A DNA stretch of 64,000 nucleotides from Rubripirellula sp. (GTDB lineage Bacteria; Planctomycetota; Planctomycetia; Pirellulales; Pirellulaceae): positions 416,001 through 480,000 of the forward strand of contig OZ244207.1 in the NCBI GenBank assembly GCA_965216875.1, read 5' to 3'. The translations under genes and the position numbers were made by a program. The stretch's first letter is position 1. Each line of letters opens with the position of its first letter. This document shows positions 38,198-48,441 of the stretch, one piece after another. Below the pieces are notes generated by a model, which was not told the DNA's origin, searched no databases, and saw nothing but the letters and a program-made list of their open reading frames with translations.

Positions 38198-40384
38198 TTA
38201 GTTGCGTGATATCAACCGCTGGAGCTCTTGTTTGAACTCGTCGCGAACTCGGTACACGGCAAGCGAAGGTCCAACTGCGTCCCGCGTTGCGATTTGCGAA
38301 ACGGGCAACGTTTCTTTCTTGCCACCAATTTCGAGGGTGGGCTGTTTGGTGAGCCGAACGACGCCGAACGTGTCACAGAGCACGGCGTGGAAGTCGGCAA
38401 GTTGTTGAAGCGCCGCTTGTTGGCCAACGTTGCGTGTGTTTTTGCCACCCGACCAGACCGCAGCTAGCGTGGTGAACCCGGCTGCCGCAAACAGCTCCGA
38501 TATCGAAGCTTGCAGCATGAAGTTTGCACCAAAGTCGATGGGGATCGTTAACACACCGGCACAAGCCGCAAGCAGCGCGGCCAACGGAGTCAGTCCGGCG
38601 GTCAGCTTTTTGTGCGTCGGGACTTCGGACCACATTTGCCGAACCGCTTCATCAAGGCGTTTCGGATCGAGCGACGTGAAATCATCACGTTCAAATCGTG
38701 AAATCGCCGCCTCAGCCGCCTCGTTCCAACGCGTTGGGTCGCTGGAGTTCAAGTCGTGTTGGTCACTTTGCTTTTGATTCGAATCACCCGATTCCCCGGC
38801 ATCCCGCGGGACATTTGCGTCAATGTTGGCACCACCCTGGGCATTCCAATGTGGTAGCGAAAGCGATCCGTAGTGACGATCAATCGCCATCGACAAGCGT
38901 TCGGGTGACAACAGCCCGCCATATTCGCCCTTGCGAAACTTGTCTTTGATTTCGCCGGCGGTTTTTTGAGCGAGCGCCGAGGGGGCGAGTTGGCGAACAA
39001 AATCGGCAGCGCCACCAAAAACCTGGCGCACTTTGGCATTCATCCGCACGCCCCAACGAGCGTACCAAGGTGCCGTCGCCGCAAACGATTCGGAAAGCTG
39101 CCGGATGATACGTTCACTTTGATGCAACCGCAGCTCAAGGATCTCACCACCCATTTCGCGATGGGCGAAAAACTCGAGTGCCGCCTCGAGCAAACACTCT
39201 TGAGCCTTTTGTGTGCGTTGAATGGATTCGTCGGCGTCGCGGTCGATGTGGGCAAAGCCATGTTCCCAAACGGCCGTTCTCAGGCCCGATTCGAGCGCGA
39301 TACGAAACTTGTCGAACAACTGTCCGCGATTGAGTCGGCTCGGCAGCGCGGTCAGCAATCGATCCGATTCGATCGACGCTGGCGGGTTGTTGTCGGCATC
39401 GTCTGAAAGGGCAAAGAACACGGGCAGTGGCTCGTCATCCGTGCCGACCGTCGCCTTAGCCTCGTCACTCGTCGGAATGAATGGCCGACTCGCGGGGACT
39501 TCGTAGTCGTATGCGGCGTAAATCGTTTCGATCCCGTGGTTTCGCGCCAAAGGCAGAAACGTGTCGTGAACCTGGTCGGGAGTTTGCCCAGGACGAACCT
39601 TATTGACCGCCAACATCCGAGGAACGCCGGGCATCAAGTCGGAGGCGATTCGCATCAGGTCGCCAAGCGTCGCGTCGCGCGAAGATTCGGCAGAGGTGAC
39701 AACAAGAAACGCGGAACAGAGCGTGGCGGCGCGACCGAGCAACTCGCGGCGAATCGTCGGCGATCCGAGCCCAAGCGATTCGTCAGACACGATGTCGGGA
39801 CAATCGAGCAAGCCGATTCCGGTTTCATCGAGTGCCGGGTCGGTAGCAACGAGCGGGACGCTGAGGAAGGCCTCGCTCCCTTCACGGTTGTTGTATTGTT
39901 GGTGTGCTTTTTCAGGGTCTTCGTTCAGCATCTCGGGCGGCTTGCCAACGGCGTCGCCAATGCGACTCATCAGCAATCCCCACAGTTCGGCATCGCCTTG
40001 CCAGGCGCGCGGTAACCAAAGGACAAATCGATGCGTGCCCTGGTCGTTGTTGGCACCGCGAAGCGTTCGCGCTCGCCCCTCGGGACTTAAGAACGTCGCA
40101 ACCATGCTGGTCTTGCCGCTGTTGAGCATCCCGGCGACGGCGACGGTGGGCCAATCGACCAGTCGTTCGGCCGTGTGTAAACGGCGGCCGGCCGCCAAAA
40201 CATCCTTGGACGAATCGGCATCGAGACGTCGCAGCGAGTTTAAGAAACTCTCGCGTCCTTCGGTCGGATACATCCTGTCGATGGCGGCGCGGCGGTCATC
40301 ATCTTCCAGCAGCGAGAGCAAGCTGGACCAGTCGGTCGTTTCTTTCGTGGATTGACTGCGACGCAGGCCGAACATCGTATTCAA
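38198..40384 (-). CDS. Dynamin-like P-loop GTPase with hydrophobic paddle
   Basis: G1 GMLNSGKT, G2-like QGT, G3 DCPD, G4 NKVR, long helical region, hydrophobic hairpin near C-terminus. Confidence 0.65.
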   Translation of the reverse strand: MNTMFGLRRSQSTKETTDWSSLLSLLEDDDRRAAIDRMYPTEGRESFLNSLRRLDADSSKDVLAAGRRLHTAERLVDWPTVAVAGMLNSGKTSMVATFLSPEGRARTLRGANNDQGTHRFVLWLPRAWQGDAELWGLLMSRIGDAVGKPPEMLNEDPEKAHQQYNNREGSEAFLSVPLVATDPALDETGIGLLDCPDIVSDESLGLGSPTIRRELLGRAATLCSAFLVVTSAESSRDATLGDLMRIASDLMPGVPRMLAVNKVRPGQTPDQVHDTFLPLARNHGIETIYAAYDYEVPASRPFIPTSDEAKATVGTDDEPLPVFFALSDDADNNPPASIESDRLLTALPSRLNRGQLFDKFRIALESGLRTAVWEHGFAHIDRDADESIQRTQKAQECLLEAALEFFAHREMGGEILELRLHQSERIIRQLSESFAATAPWYARWGVRMNAKVRQVFGGAADFVRQLAPSALAQKTAGEIKDKFRKGEYGGLLSPERLSMAIDRHYGSLSLPHWNAQGGANIDANVPRDAGESGDSNQKQSDQHDLNSSDPTRWNEAAEAAISRFERDDFTSLDPKRLDEAVRQMWSEVPTHKKLTAGLTPLAALLAACAGVLTIPIDFGANFMLQASISELFAAAGFTTLAAVWSGGKNTRNVGQQAALQQLADFHAVLCDTFGVVRLTKQPTLEIGGKKETLPVSQIATRDAVGPSLAVYRVRDEFKQELQRLISRN

Positions 40385-42594
40385 TGGGTCTTGGTATCTC
40401 GCAATCCGTTGCGTGAATCAGGCAGCCCGCGGTTTTGAGTTTCCGTTTGGGCAACCTGTGATTCGGCACGAATGTCATCTGCTTGGTGGCGCGCTGTGCC
40501 AGTTTCTGCATTTGCCAGGGCTTCTTCCCACCAGCGGTAGGCGTCACCGGCGTTCCAATGATAAGCATCCAGGCACTGACGCAGGGCGTCGGCGAGGTCA
40601 TCGACACGCTGCGGACGCTCCTCGGGGTCTTTCCGCAGACAGCTCATCAGGACATTTTGCAGGTCTTCAGGCAGGGGGGCGCCAATCCGGTCACTCGGTC
40701 GCAACGGCTCCTCATCAAGCTGTTTCAAACAGATATCAACCGCCGCTTCCCCCTCGAATGTAGGCACTCCGGTCAATAACGTGTACCCGACAGCCCCGAT
40801 CGAATACAGATCACTTCGTTCGTCGGCCAAACGAGCGTTTCGCACCGATTCGGGCGACATGTACATCGGAGTCCCGGTAATTGCGTCTGAAACGGTCACT
40901 TCGGTCGACTCTCGATCGATTTCTTTGACGAGTCCGAAGTCGAGAACTTTCACCATGTCGTACAAGCCGGATCGGGCCGAGACGAGAATATTGGCCGGTT
41001 TGATGTCTCGATGGACCAAGCCCAATTGATGGGCTTCGCCGAGTGAACCGCAAATCTGCAACAGAAGATGGATCACACGCGCCGGCGGTTGGCGGCCGAA
41101 CTGGTCGATCAGTTGTTGTAGTGTGATCCCATCGACGAACTCCATCACGTAGTAGAACGTGTCATCTTTGGTGCGACCGTAATCGTAAATCGCGATCGTG
41201 TTTGGGTGCCGTAGTCTCGCGGTCAATTGAACTTCTCGTTCAAACCGCAACAACGACAACGAGGTTGCGTCGTCACCCTCAAGGACTTTCACCGCAACGT
41301 CCCGCTTGAGCACATCGTGTGTGCCTCGATAGACAGCCCCCATGCCTCCTTGTCCAACGACTTCCTTGAGCTCGTACGCGCCCAGCCGCCTTGAAGACCG
41401 ATCGTCCGATGGTGAACGGAATTTGATTCGGTCAGTAATCTCTTGATGCGACACCCAAACCACCGACCCCACGACCAGCAGCGCGAGCAAGCTCCAAAAG
41501 ACGTTTCGCAGTACGTTCAGGTGCGCGTAGACCTGATCGACGTCGATCTTGGTTGCAACTCCAAACTCATCGTCGGGAAGCCATTGCCACGCAGCCACGA
41601 CGTTGCGACCTCGGTAGTCAATGTACCCATCGACATGGACGCCCTTTGATCCTCGCGTCACTTGATCGGCCATCAAGGTGAGTGGCCGACGCCGCGAGCT
41701 CTTGGATACCGGCGTCTGGGACAAATCGTCGCGAACTCGCAGTTGGACGTTGAGCGCGCTGCCAGCGGAGCCAGACTTCGACATCACACCCGCCTCGCGC
41801 AACAACGACTCGTGTCGGCTTGGCGAAATCAGTGTGCCGCTTCGATCCAAGGCGATCGTTTCACTTGTGGGGCCTGCGCGGGCCGTCTCAAAGAGCTTAA
41901 AAAACGACTCCGATGGATCGATCAACAACATCATCAGGCCGTCGGTTCGCCCACCGCGAGTGACCGGGACGATGGTCGCCATGATCGGATTGCCGCCAAA
42001 CTTCAGCGGCCCCTCGTCTCGAAGTGGAGCCGGAGCGGGAAACGGACGACAGACCGTTGATTCGCGACTGAGCAATTTGGTCATCGAGTCCGGCGGAATC
42101 AAAACCGTCTTGCCGTTCAGGTCATCGACGCTCGCGGTGACGACGCGGCCATCGGAATCGCAAAGCAACCATCCAAAGTAGATCGAGTTGGCAAGATGTG
42201 GCAGCAATTGGTTCTCGAGCGAGCCGACTTGGTCTTGGATGCCATGGGACGACTCAGGCGACTGGGGCGCATCGGCAAGGATCGTTCGTGCCGTTTGCAA
42301 CAGGGGCTCGTTCGCTTCCAGCGATTCGGCTTCGTTTTGACGAGCGGTCATCCAAAGATCTACCGATTGGACCGTCGACTCGACCAATGCTTCGAGTGAT
42401 TGACGGGTCTGTGCAGCTGTCGTCACGCGAACCCGGTTGCCGATCCACCAACCGGCGGCAATGAAACAGGCGATCACCGTGCCCGCCGCCAGCGGCGCGA
42501 ACGATCGGGGCCGACGCCATGCCGAACGCCGCGATGAGCGTTGGTCTTGCCGCACGACTTCGGCTGAATCGAGGTGATAACTGTCTGTTTCCAT
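40381..42594 (-). CDS. Membrane Ser/Thr protein kinase with extracytoplasmic Cache-like sensor
   Basis: TM, ~310-aa periplasmic region with YIDYRGRNVVAAW, TM, Hanks kinase (GQGGMG, VAVK, HRDIKPAN, DFG, GTPMYMSPE). Confidence 0.9.
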   Translation of the reverse strand: METDSYHLDSAEVVRQDQRSSRRSAWRRPRSFAPLAAGTVIACFIAAGWWIGNRVRVTTAAQTRQSLEALVESTVQSVDLWMTARQNEAESLEANEPLLQTARTILADAPQSPESSHGIQDQVGSLENQLLPHLANSIYFGWLLCDSDGRVVTASVDDLNGKTVLIPPDSMTKLLSRESTVCRPFPAPAPLRDEGPLKFGGNPIMATIVPVTRGGRTDGLMMLLIDPSESFFKLFETARAGPTSETIALDRSGTLISPSRHESLLREAGVMSKSGSAGSALNVQLRVRDDLSQTPVSKSSRRRPLTLMADQVTRGSKGVHVDGYIDYRGRNVVAAWQWLPDDEFGVATKIDVDQVYAHLNVLRNVFWSLLALLVVGSVVWVSHQEITDRIKFRSPSDDRSSRRLGAYELKEVVGQGGMGAVYRGTHDVLKRDVAVKVLEGDDATSLSLLRFEREVQLTARLRHPNTIAIYDYGRTKDDTFYYVMEFVDGITLQQLIDQFGRQPPARVIHLLLQICGSLGEAHQLGLVHRDIKPANILVSARSGLYDMVKVLDFGLVKEIDRESTEVTVSDAITGTPMYMSPESVRNARLADERSDLYSIGAVGYTLLTGVPTFEGEAAVDICLKQLDEEPLRPSDRIGAPLPEDLQNVLMSCLRKDPEERPQRVDDLADALRQCLDAYHWNAGDAYRWWEEALANAETGTARHQADDIRAESQVAQTETQNRGLPDSRNGLRDTKTH

Positions 42595-42750
42595 TCAACC
42601 AATATCGTCGAAAACAACGCCGAAAAGTAGTGTGTCTTGGGCGCAGAGCTTATCATCCGACACGAACGCGTTTTTCCAAACGACAGCAGCTCGCGTTGAC
42701 ATGCACGCGGAATGCGGCCCACCTCCGACCCGATCCCACCACACTCCAAA

Positions 42751-44102
42751 ATGAAACACCTGCTTTTTCTGACGTTTTGTTTCGCTGCCCTTGCCAACCT
42801 CGACTCGACCGCGGCGGCCAACGAACGACCGGCGCAACCGCTTCCGAACATCGTGGTGATCTTTAGCGACGATCAAGGGTTTCACGACGTCGGCTGTTAC
42901 GGCAGCGAAATCAAGACACCCCACCTCGATCAGCTCGCTCGGCAAGGCATGCGTCTGACTCAGTTCTATGCCGCCAGCAGCATTTGTACGCCTTCGCGAT
43001 ACGGCTTGCTCACAGGCAATTACGCTCACCGTTCCCAAGATCAGCTGCTCGGTGCGCTGATGTTCCTCGAAGAAGAGGACGCCGCTCGGGGAATCCGCTC
43101 CGGTGAAGCAACGTACGTGTCGATGTTAAACGCCGCCGGATACGACACGGCTCTGGTTGGCAAGTGGCATCTCGGGCATGGCCAACAAGAGTTTTGGCCG
43201 ACCGAACATGGATTCGACACCTTCTTTGGGCACACGGGCGGATGCGTCGATTTCTTTACCTTGAACTATGCCAACAAGCCCGATTGGTATCGTGGTCGAA
43301 CGATTGTTCATCCCGACGGCTACGCGACCGACGTGATCACCGAAGAGGCGATTGACGTTCTGCGGCAATCAAAACGAAACGACAAACCGGTCTACTTACA
43401 TATTGCCTACAACGCGCCGCACTTTGGCAAGGCTGGGACGACCAGGCTAAGAAACCGGTCAACGTGATGCAGCCGAGCGAAAAGGACTTGGCGCGTGTTT
43501 CGATGATCGAAGATCCCTTGCGACGCGCCTTCGCCGCCAAAGTCGTTGGCATGGACGAAGGCATTGGACGCATCATGAGTGCGCTTGATGAACTTGCTAT
43601 GGCTGACAACACGCTTGTGATCTTCATGACCGATCATGGTGGCGATGCACGTTATGGTGGTTCAAACGAGCCCTTTCGCGGCGGCAAAGCAACGCTGTTC
43701 GAAGGCGGTATCCGTGTTCCCTGCATCATTCGGTGGCCTGAAACTGTGCCAGCCGGCAGCGTTTCCGATGCGGTCACCTGCGCGATTGACCTCGCAGAGA
43801 CCTTTGCCGAAATCACGGGCCAGCCCGTGCCCGACACCGATGGTCAATCGATCCTTTCAGTTTTCAAAGGCGATGCATCGGACGCTCCACGGACCTTGGT
43901 TTGGAAAACGGGGGCCCACGCTTCGCTAGCGCGCAAGTCGTGGCTTGCCGTTCGCCAAGGCGATTGGAAATGGGTCAGGCAGCCAGGCAAACAGGGAATG
44001 CTGTTTGACCTCGAAAGCGATCCGGCAGAATCAAACGATCTGGCAGAGCTCGAATCTGCGATTGCAAAGAAGCTTGAGCGGATCGCGGTCGAATCAAGGT
44101 GA
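42751..44102 (+). pseudogene. Arylsulfatase split by a 1-nt frameshift near 43431
   Basis: PNIVVIFSDDQG, CTPSR, GKWHLG, YNAPH in ORF 1; MDEGIG, FMTDHG, GKATLFEGGIRVP in ORF 2; one added G fuses them. Confidence 0.8.
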
Positions 44103-44300
44103 TGGCTGTTGCATCCATGAAACCACGAACTCGATGGACAACCATGATCTCAATGGATTGACTCGCAACGTTTGTCGGTACTCGTCCCCGTCAATCTTGC
44201 GGATACGCTACACTCCACTCGGGGGCGGATCTCTGCACCGGCCAGGTTCGACCCTCTTACCGGTCCGTTCCTATCACAGTGTCGCCGAAAGGATCCTTCC

Positions 44301-44660
44301 GTGGTCGAGATAATTGTTGTCATCGCGCTTTGCCGCGGACTTGGTCGGAGGCTACGCGACAAGGGCTACAAGCCGTTCTGGTTCCAGGCGATGCTTGTTG
44401 TCGGCTGGATTGGCGGCGAAATCATGGGTGGGTTTATTGGCGGGATCTATCATGTCATCCGCAACGGCCCGAATGTGGAACCCGGATTGGAGATTTATCT
44501 GTTTGCGATTGGAGTGGCTGTGATGAGCGCCTGCTTTTGCTATTTGGTCGCGCATCTGCTTCCAGACAAAAATGCAGTCGCGCAACCTGCGGTTCATACA
44601 ACCGCCGAAGATCCGTTCGATGAACGGATTCGAGATGCCAATAATCCGTACGCGCCGTGA
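44301..44660 (+). CDS. Small membrane protein
   Basis: GTG 44301 after AAGGA; 2-3 hydrophobic segments; C-terminal NPYAP. Confidence 0.6.
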   Translation: MVEIIVVIALCRGLGRRLRDKGYKPFWFQAMLVVGWIGGEIMGGFIGGIYHVIRNGPNVEPGLEIYLFAIGVAVMSACFCYLVAHLLPDKNAVAQPAVHTTAEDPFDERIRDANNPYAP

Positions 44661-44666
44661 CAAACG

Positions 44667-47045
44667 TTAGCGATCGGTCACCAGGTTGACCGAAGTGATG
44701 GTCAAGCCGTCGCGCGGTTCGATCTTGATCGTGTTCTCTTCGCGCACGTGGCTTGCCGGTACTTCGATCGAGACAGTGCCAAAGAGATGTTTGAATTCGT
44801 TTGCCCATTCGGCTTCCGATTCAATCGCGTGCCCGTTGATCGTTCCGCTCAACACGCCACCCAATCCGCCTTCGCGAAAGACGCCAACATTGACCACTGC
44901 CCGGCGAATCTCATCGGGATTGGCCACGTTGATGCGATAACCTTCGGCGGGAACTCCATGCGACTTGATCGCCGTTCCAGGTGCGTACGACGTCTTGCGG
45001 TTGATCGAACCTTCAATTTCCAGTGGTTCAGTCAGATTCACTGTGACGACTGTCGATTCTTCCACATCGACCTCGACCCGTGACAAGTCATCAAGCACGA
45101 CGTCGTCGTGGTAGTGGATTTCGCCGTCACGATAGTAAAGGCGTCGCTGCGAGATTGAATCGATCGCCAGACTTCCGACCAGAGGGGTGATGTTAAGCGA
45201 GAGCCGGCGGCCGCCCATGTTGGTAATGGCAAACTGCAAACGTTTGCCTTTGTGAACCGCAGTGATGTCAAGGAATTCACGATCGAACGCGACGGGCAAT
45301 CTTCGTCCATCGAAATCTCGCCACAGGTCGAAGAAGTGCACCATCGGCGTGGGGTCACAATCGGCAAGCGTCGCGTTGTTTGGCTTTCCATCTTTGGGGA
45401 TGAAGGCCACGTCGCCGCTTTTGGGATTCCACGGCATACTCAAAAAGATAAACGGCACTGCAAGTTCGATCTGTTCGGGGCGTTGTGACAGCTTATGCAT
45501 GTAAGCACTGTACGCTCGCAAACGAAGCCAGTAGTCACTCGGGCCGCGACCGGGCTGGAGTGAGCCGCATTCAGTAATCAGGATGGGCTTGACGTTATCG
45601 GTCGCGTGCATGTGTGCACGAAACATATCGAGAATCGCTTCCAGACGCCCCAGCAAGTAGTTGGTGTATTTTCCATCGCGACGTTCCCAAGCACCGAGCG
45701 AACCGTAGTCTTCGTAAAAGTGGTGTGAGTAAAAGTCGACGTGGTCTTTGGTCAAATCCATGAACTTCAGCTGGTTGCGATACAGGTCAAAGTCGTTGAC
45801 TTGGACTTGCATCCAGGCCGAGGTCGGGCCGCCAACCATCGTTTCGGGACTGCGCTCGTGAACGGCTTTGGCAACTCGATTGTGAAGGTCCGCCATCAGC
45901 GCCCAGGCATCCACATCGGGGCGGTAGTGGTAATCCCATTCGGCTTTGATCGTTGCTTCGTTTTTGACTTCCCAATAACTGGCGGATCGACCACCGTCCT
46001 TGATCTGGTCTTCGACGTAGGCCGCTGCGAGTTCCGCGGCATCGTCAAAGTGCTCGACCAGTGGTGTGCCGCGGCCGACTTGTTCCACCGACATGAAATC
46101 GGGGTACTCGTCAAAACACATGGCAAACTTGATGTCGCGGAATTGGGGGATCGTTCGTGAACGTCCGCTGTTGTAACGATCGAAGAAACTCAGGTCGGCC
46201 GCGCCCGGTTTGTCGGTGCGATCGGTCAGTTTCGGTTGATTTGGCGAGTAGCCTTTGACCAGAGCCGGTTGGAACTTCATGATCTGACGACCCGGCTGGA
46301 AATTGCGTTCGGCGGCCCAGTTTTCAAAATGTTGATCGAGGTTTCCGGGCGCCGCGTAGTAGCGAAAGAACTTTTCACGCTCGAGATCGACGTGCCCGTC
46401 AATCGACAATTCGTTTTGAGGGTCAAAGTTGACTTGCACCTTTTCACGCGGGTGTTCGGCGCCCAGGTTGCGATAAGGGATATCGTCAAAGATGGTCGAC
46501 AGCTTGGCCTGCGAGTTGAACGCAACTTCGGTAATGACTGCCTTGGTTCCGGGCTGGCATTGCACGCGGATTTGAATCGGTTGCATCGATTCGCTCGGAA
46601 TCGGCATCGCAGCGACTTTGGCCCGATAGATCTCATTCTTGCGAGTGCTCAGAGGAAGGTGGGACTTGGGTGCATAGGGATGCATGACCAAGCCGCCCAA
46701 ATGATCGAGCCCTTCGCCTCGAAGGATGATGTAGCGAAACATGCTGGCGACACGCTCGGCCCCAGGCGGCAAATCGATCGTCACGTCCCCACTGACTTCT
46801 CGCCGCTCGCTCGAGAGCACGATTTCGTCGAGAATCCGATGAGGCTCTTCGCCGCGAAAGCGGAGGATTTTGCCCTCTGCGAATTCACCCAGCAGATAGG
46901 AATGGGCCGCGCGACGAGCTTCGCCTTCGGCGCTCAACTTTGGGCCAGAGTTGGCCAGCGGAACCTGTGCAACACCGATTGTGGCAAAGCCCCAAACGCA
47001 ACAAACGGAAAGAGCGAATCGAAGCAAGAGCGGCTTGGCGACCAT
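44667..47045 (-). CDS. Clan GH-A glycoside hydrolase, beta-porphyranase/beta-agarase (GH86)-like
   Basis: Signal peptide; WEVKNE acid/base, FYSHHFYE, ILITECG nucleophile; C-terminal beta domains. Confidence 0.65.
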   Translation of the reverse strand: MVAKPLLLRFALSVCCVWGFATIGVAQVPLANSGPKLSAEGEARRAAHSYLLGEFAEGKILRFRGEEPHRILDEIVLSSERREVSGDVTIDLPPGAERVASMFRYIILRGEGLDHLGGLVMHPYAPKSHLPLSTRKNEIYRAKVAAMPIPSESMQPIQIRVQCQPGTKAVITEVAFNSQAKLSTIFDDIPYRNLGAEHPREKVQVNFDPQNELSIDGHVDLEREKFFRYYAAPGNLDQHFENWAAERNFQPGRQIMKFQPALVKGYSPNQPKLTDRTDKPGAADLSFFDRYNSGRSRTIPQFRDIKFAMCFDEYPDFMSVEQVGRGTPLVEHFDDAAELAAAYVEDQIKDGGRSASYWEVKNEATIKAEWDYHYRPDVDAWALMADLHNRVAKAVHERSPETMVGGPTSAWMQVQVNDFDLYRNQLKFMDLTKDHVDFYSHHFYEDYGSLGAWERRDGKYTNYLLGRLEAILDMFRAHMHATDNVKPILITECGSLQPGRGPSDYWLRLRAYSAYMHKLSQRPEQIELAVPFIFLSMPWNPKSGDVAFIPKDGKPNNATLADCDPTPMVHFFDLWRDFDGRRLPVAFDREFLDITAVHKGKRLQFAITNMGGRRLSLNITPLVGSLAIDSISQRRLYYRDGEIHYHDDVVLDDLSRVEVDVEESTVVTVNLTEPLEIEGSINRKTSYAPGTAIKSHGVPAEGYRINVANPDEIRRAVVNVGVFREGGLGGVLSGTINGHAIESEAEWANEFKHLFGTVSIEVPASHVREENTIKIEPRDGLTITSVNLVTDR

Positions 47046-47399
47046 GAATCGGCGAATGGTGTGAGGGGAAAACGAATGAGGAATTGCTTCATTTAATGGA
47101 AATCGACATGCCAAAAATCGGAATAGCTATTGCTGACTGAGCAGATCCAATAATGACACTAGCCACCCGCCGGTTGGCACACTGGCGAGAGGGAGCCGCG
47201 CGACGCAGGGTCGCACATCAAGAATTCATGCCTAATGTTTCTTTCTTGGCCGACCCGCCGTATTAAGATGGAAGGTCCCGCGGTCATCCCGCGGTCCCAC
47301 CTGTTTACGTTCGCCCTGGGTGGCGAGCCTTCTGCCCAGCCGGGGTGGCGCACGACGAGCCGCGCTGCTCGCCTCAACTATCAACGACGAAGAAACTCA

Positions 47400-48095
47400 A
47401 TGAAGACTGCAATTCACACACTGACTTTGGTCGCCCTGACCTCCGCGACAGCCTGTTGGGCGGGCAACCCATGCCGACGGATCGTTCGGTGCTGCACTCC
47501 GCGGCCGGCCTGCAATACTTCAGGCGATCAACCGAGCGAATTGAACATCATGCTGACCACGGAACTGGTCGCGCTCCGTAAAGAGCTAGAAGAGATGAAA
47601 GTGGCCATGGCCGAAAAGGACAAGGCACTCGAGGAGGCAACTCAATTGGTCGCGACGCAAAAGGACGAAGCGGAGCAGCAGCTGCAGAAATTTGCACGCG
47701 AAACGCGTCGCGCAGCGAAGGCCGAAAAAGGACTCGCCGAAGCACAGCAAAAGCTTGCTGCGACCGAAGCGAAGCTTGCCGAGTCGAATGCGGTCAAAGA
47801 GAAGCAAGCCGTTGCCGCTAAACAGGCCGCGGCAAAGTTGAAAAAGCAAAACGCCCAGCTCAAGAAACAACTCGATAAGTCGAAAAACGCCTTGGCCAAA
47901 GCACAGGACGCTCTGGCGAAAGAAAAGCAAAATCGCGAGCAGGAACGCCAGCAACAACAGCAGGCTGCAGAGAATGCGGCAAAGGAAGAGGAAACCGCTG
48001 AGGAAGCGGTCGAAGAGGTTGCTGAGGAAGAAGTTGCTGCTGAGGAAGAAGTTGCTGCTGAGGAAGTGGTTGAGGAAACCGCAACCGAAGAGTGA
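47400..48095 (+). CDS. Secreted coiled-coil protein with acidic repeat tail
   Basis: Signal peptide, Cys cluster, A/K/Q/E coiled coil, 18-bp GTTGCTGCTGAGGAAGAA repeats encoding EEVAAE. Confidence 0.7.
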   Translation: MKTAIHTLTLVALTSATACWAGNPCRRIVRCCTPRPACNTSGDQPSELNIMLTTELVALRKELEEMKVAMAEKDKALEEATQLVATQKDEAEQQLQKFARETRRAAKAEKGLAEAQQKLAATEAKLAESNAVKEKQAVAAKQAAAKLKKQNAQLKKQLDKSKNALAKAQDALAKEKQNREQERQQQQQAAENAAKEEETAEEAVEEVAEEEVAAEEEVAAEEVVEETATEE

Positions 48096-48140
48096 GCAGA
48101 GCTTTGGATTCGTTCCCTCGCAAAGCGGGGGAGCGATTCC

Positions 48141-48394
48141 GTGAGCCGAACGCAACGTGAGCCGTGATCGCGTAAGCGACCGGGCCTCTGTTCGTTGTAG
48201 CTACGCTCGCCAGAGCGTGGTGTGGTGGAAAGTGTTTCGCCGTCGCGTCCACCTTTTCTGGCGAAGTGAGCCGAACGCGCCAGCGTCGGGCCCTACGAAA
48301 TCAATCCGAAAGTAAGGCCAGACACTAGCGCGTGCGGCTCACGGGACGCGGAGCGTCCGAAGAATGCGTTACCACGCGGAGCGGGGTAACGAGG
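48141..48394. repeat. Composite REP mosaic (families C, E, C, C, B) between convergent genes
   Basis: E 48197-48266, C 48266-48292 and 48316-48342, inverted B 48344-48394. Confidence 0.8.
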
Positions 48395-48441
48395 TGAGGT
48401 AGGGGTAACGAGTTGGGAGGTGGGGCGATTGGGCGATTGGC

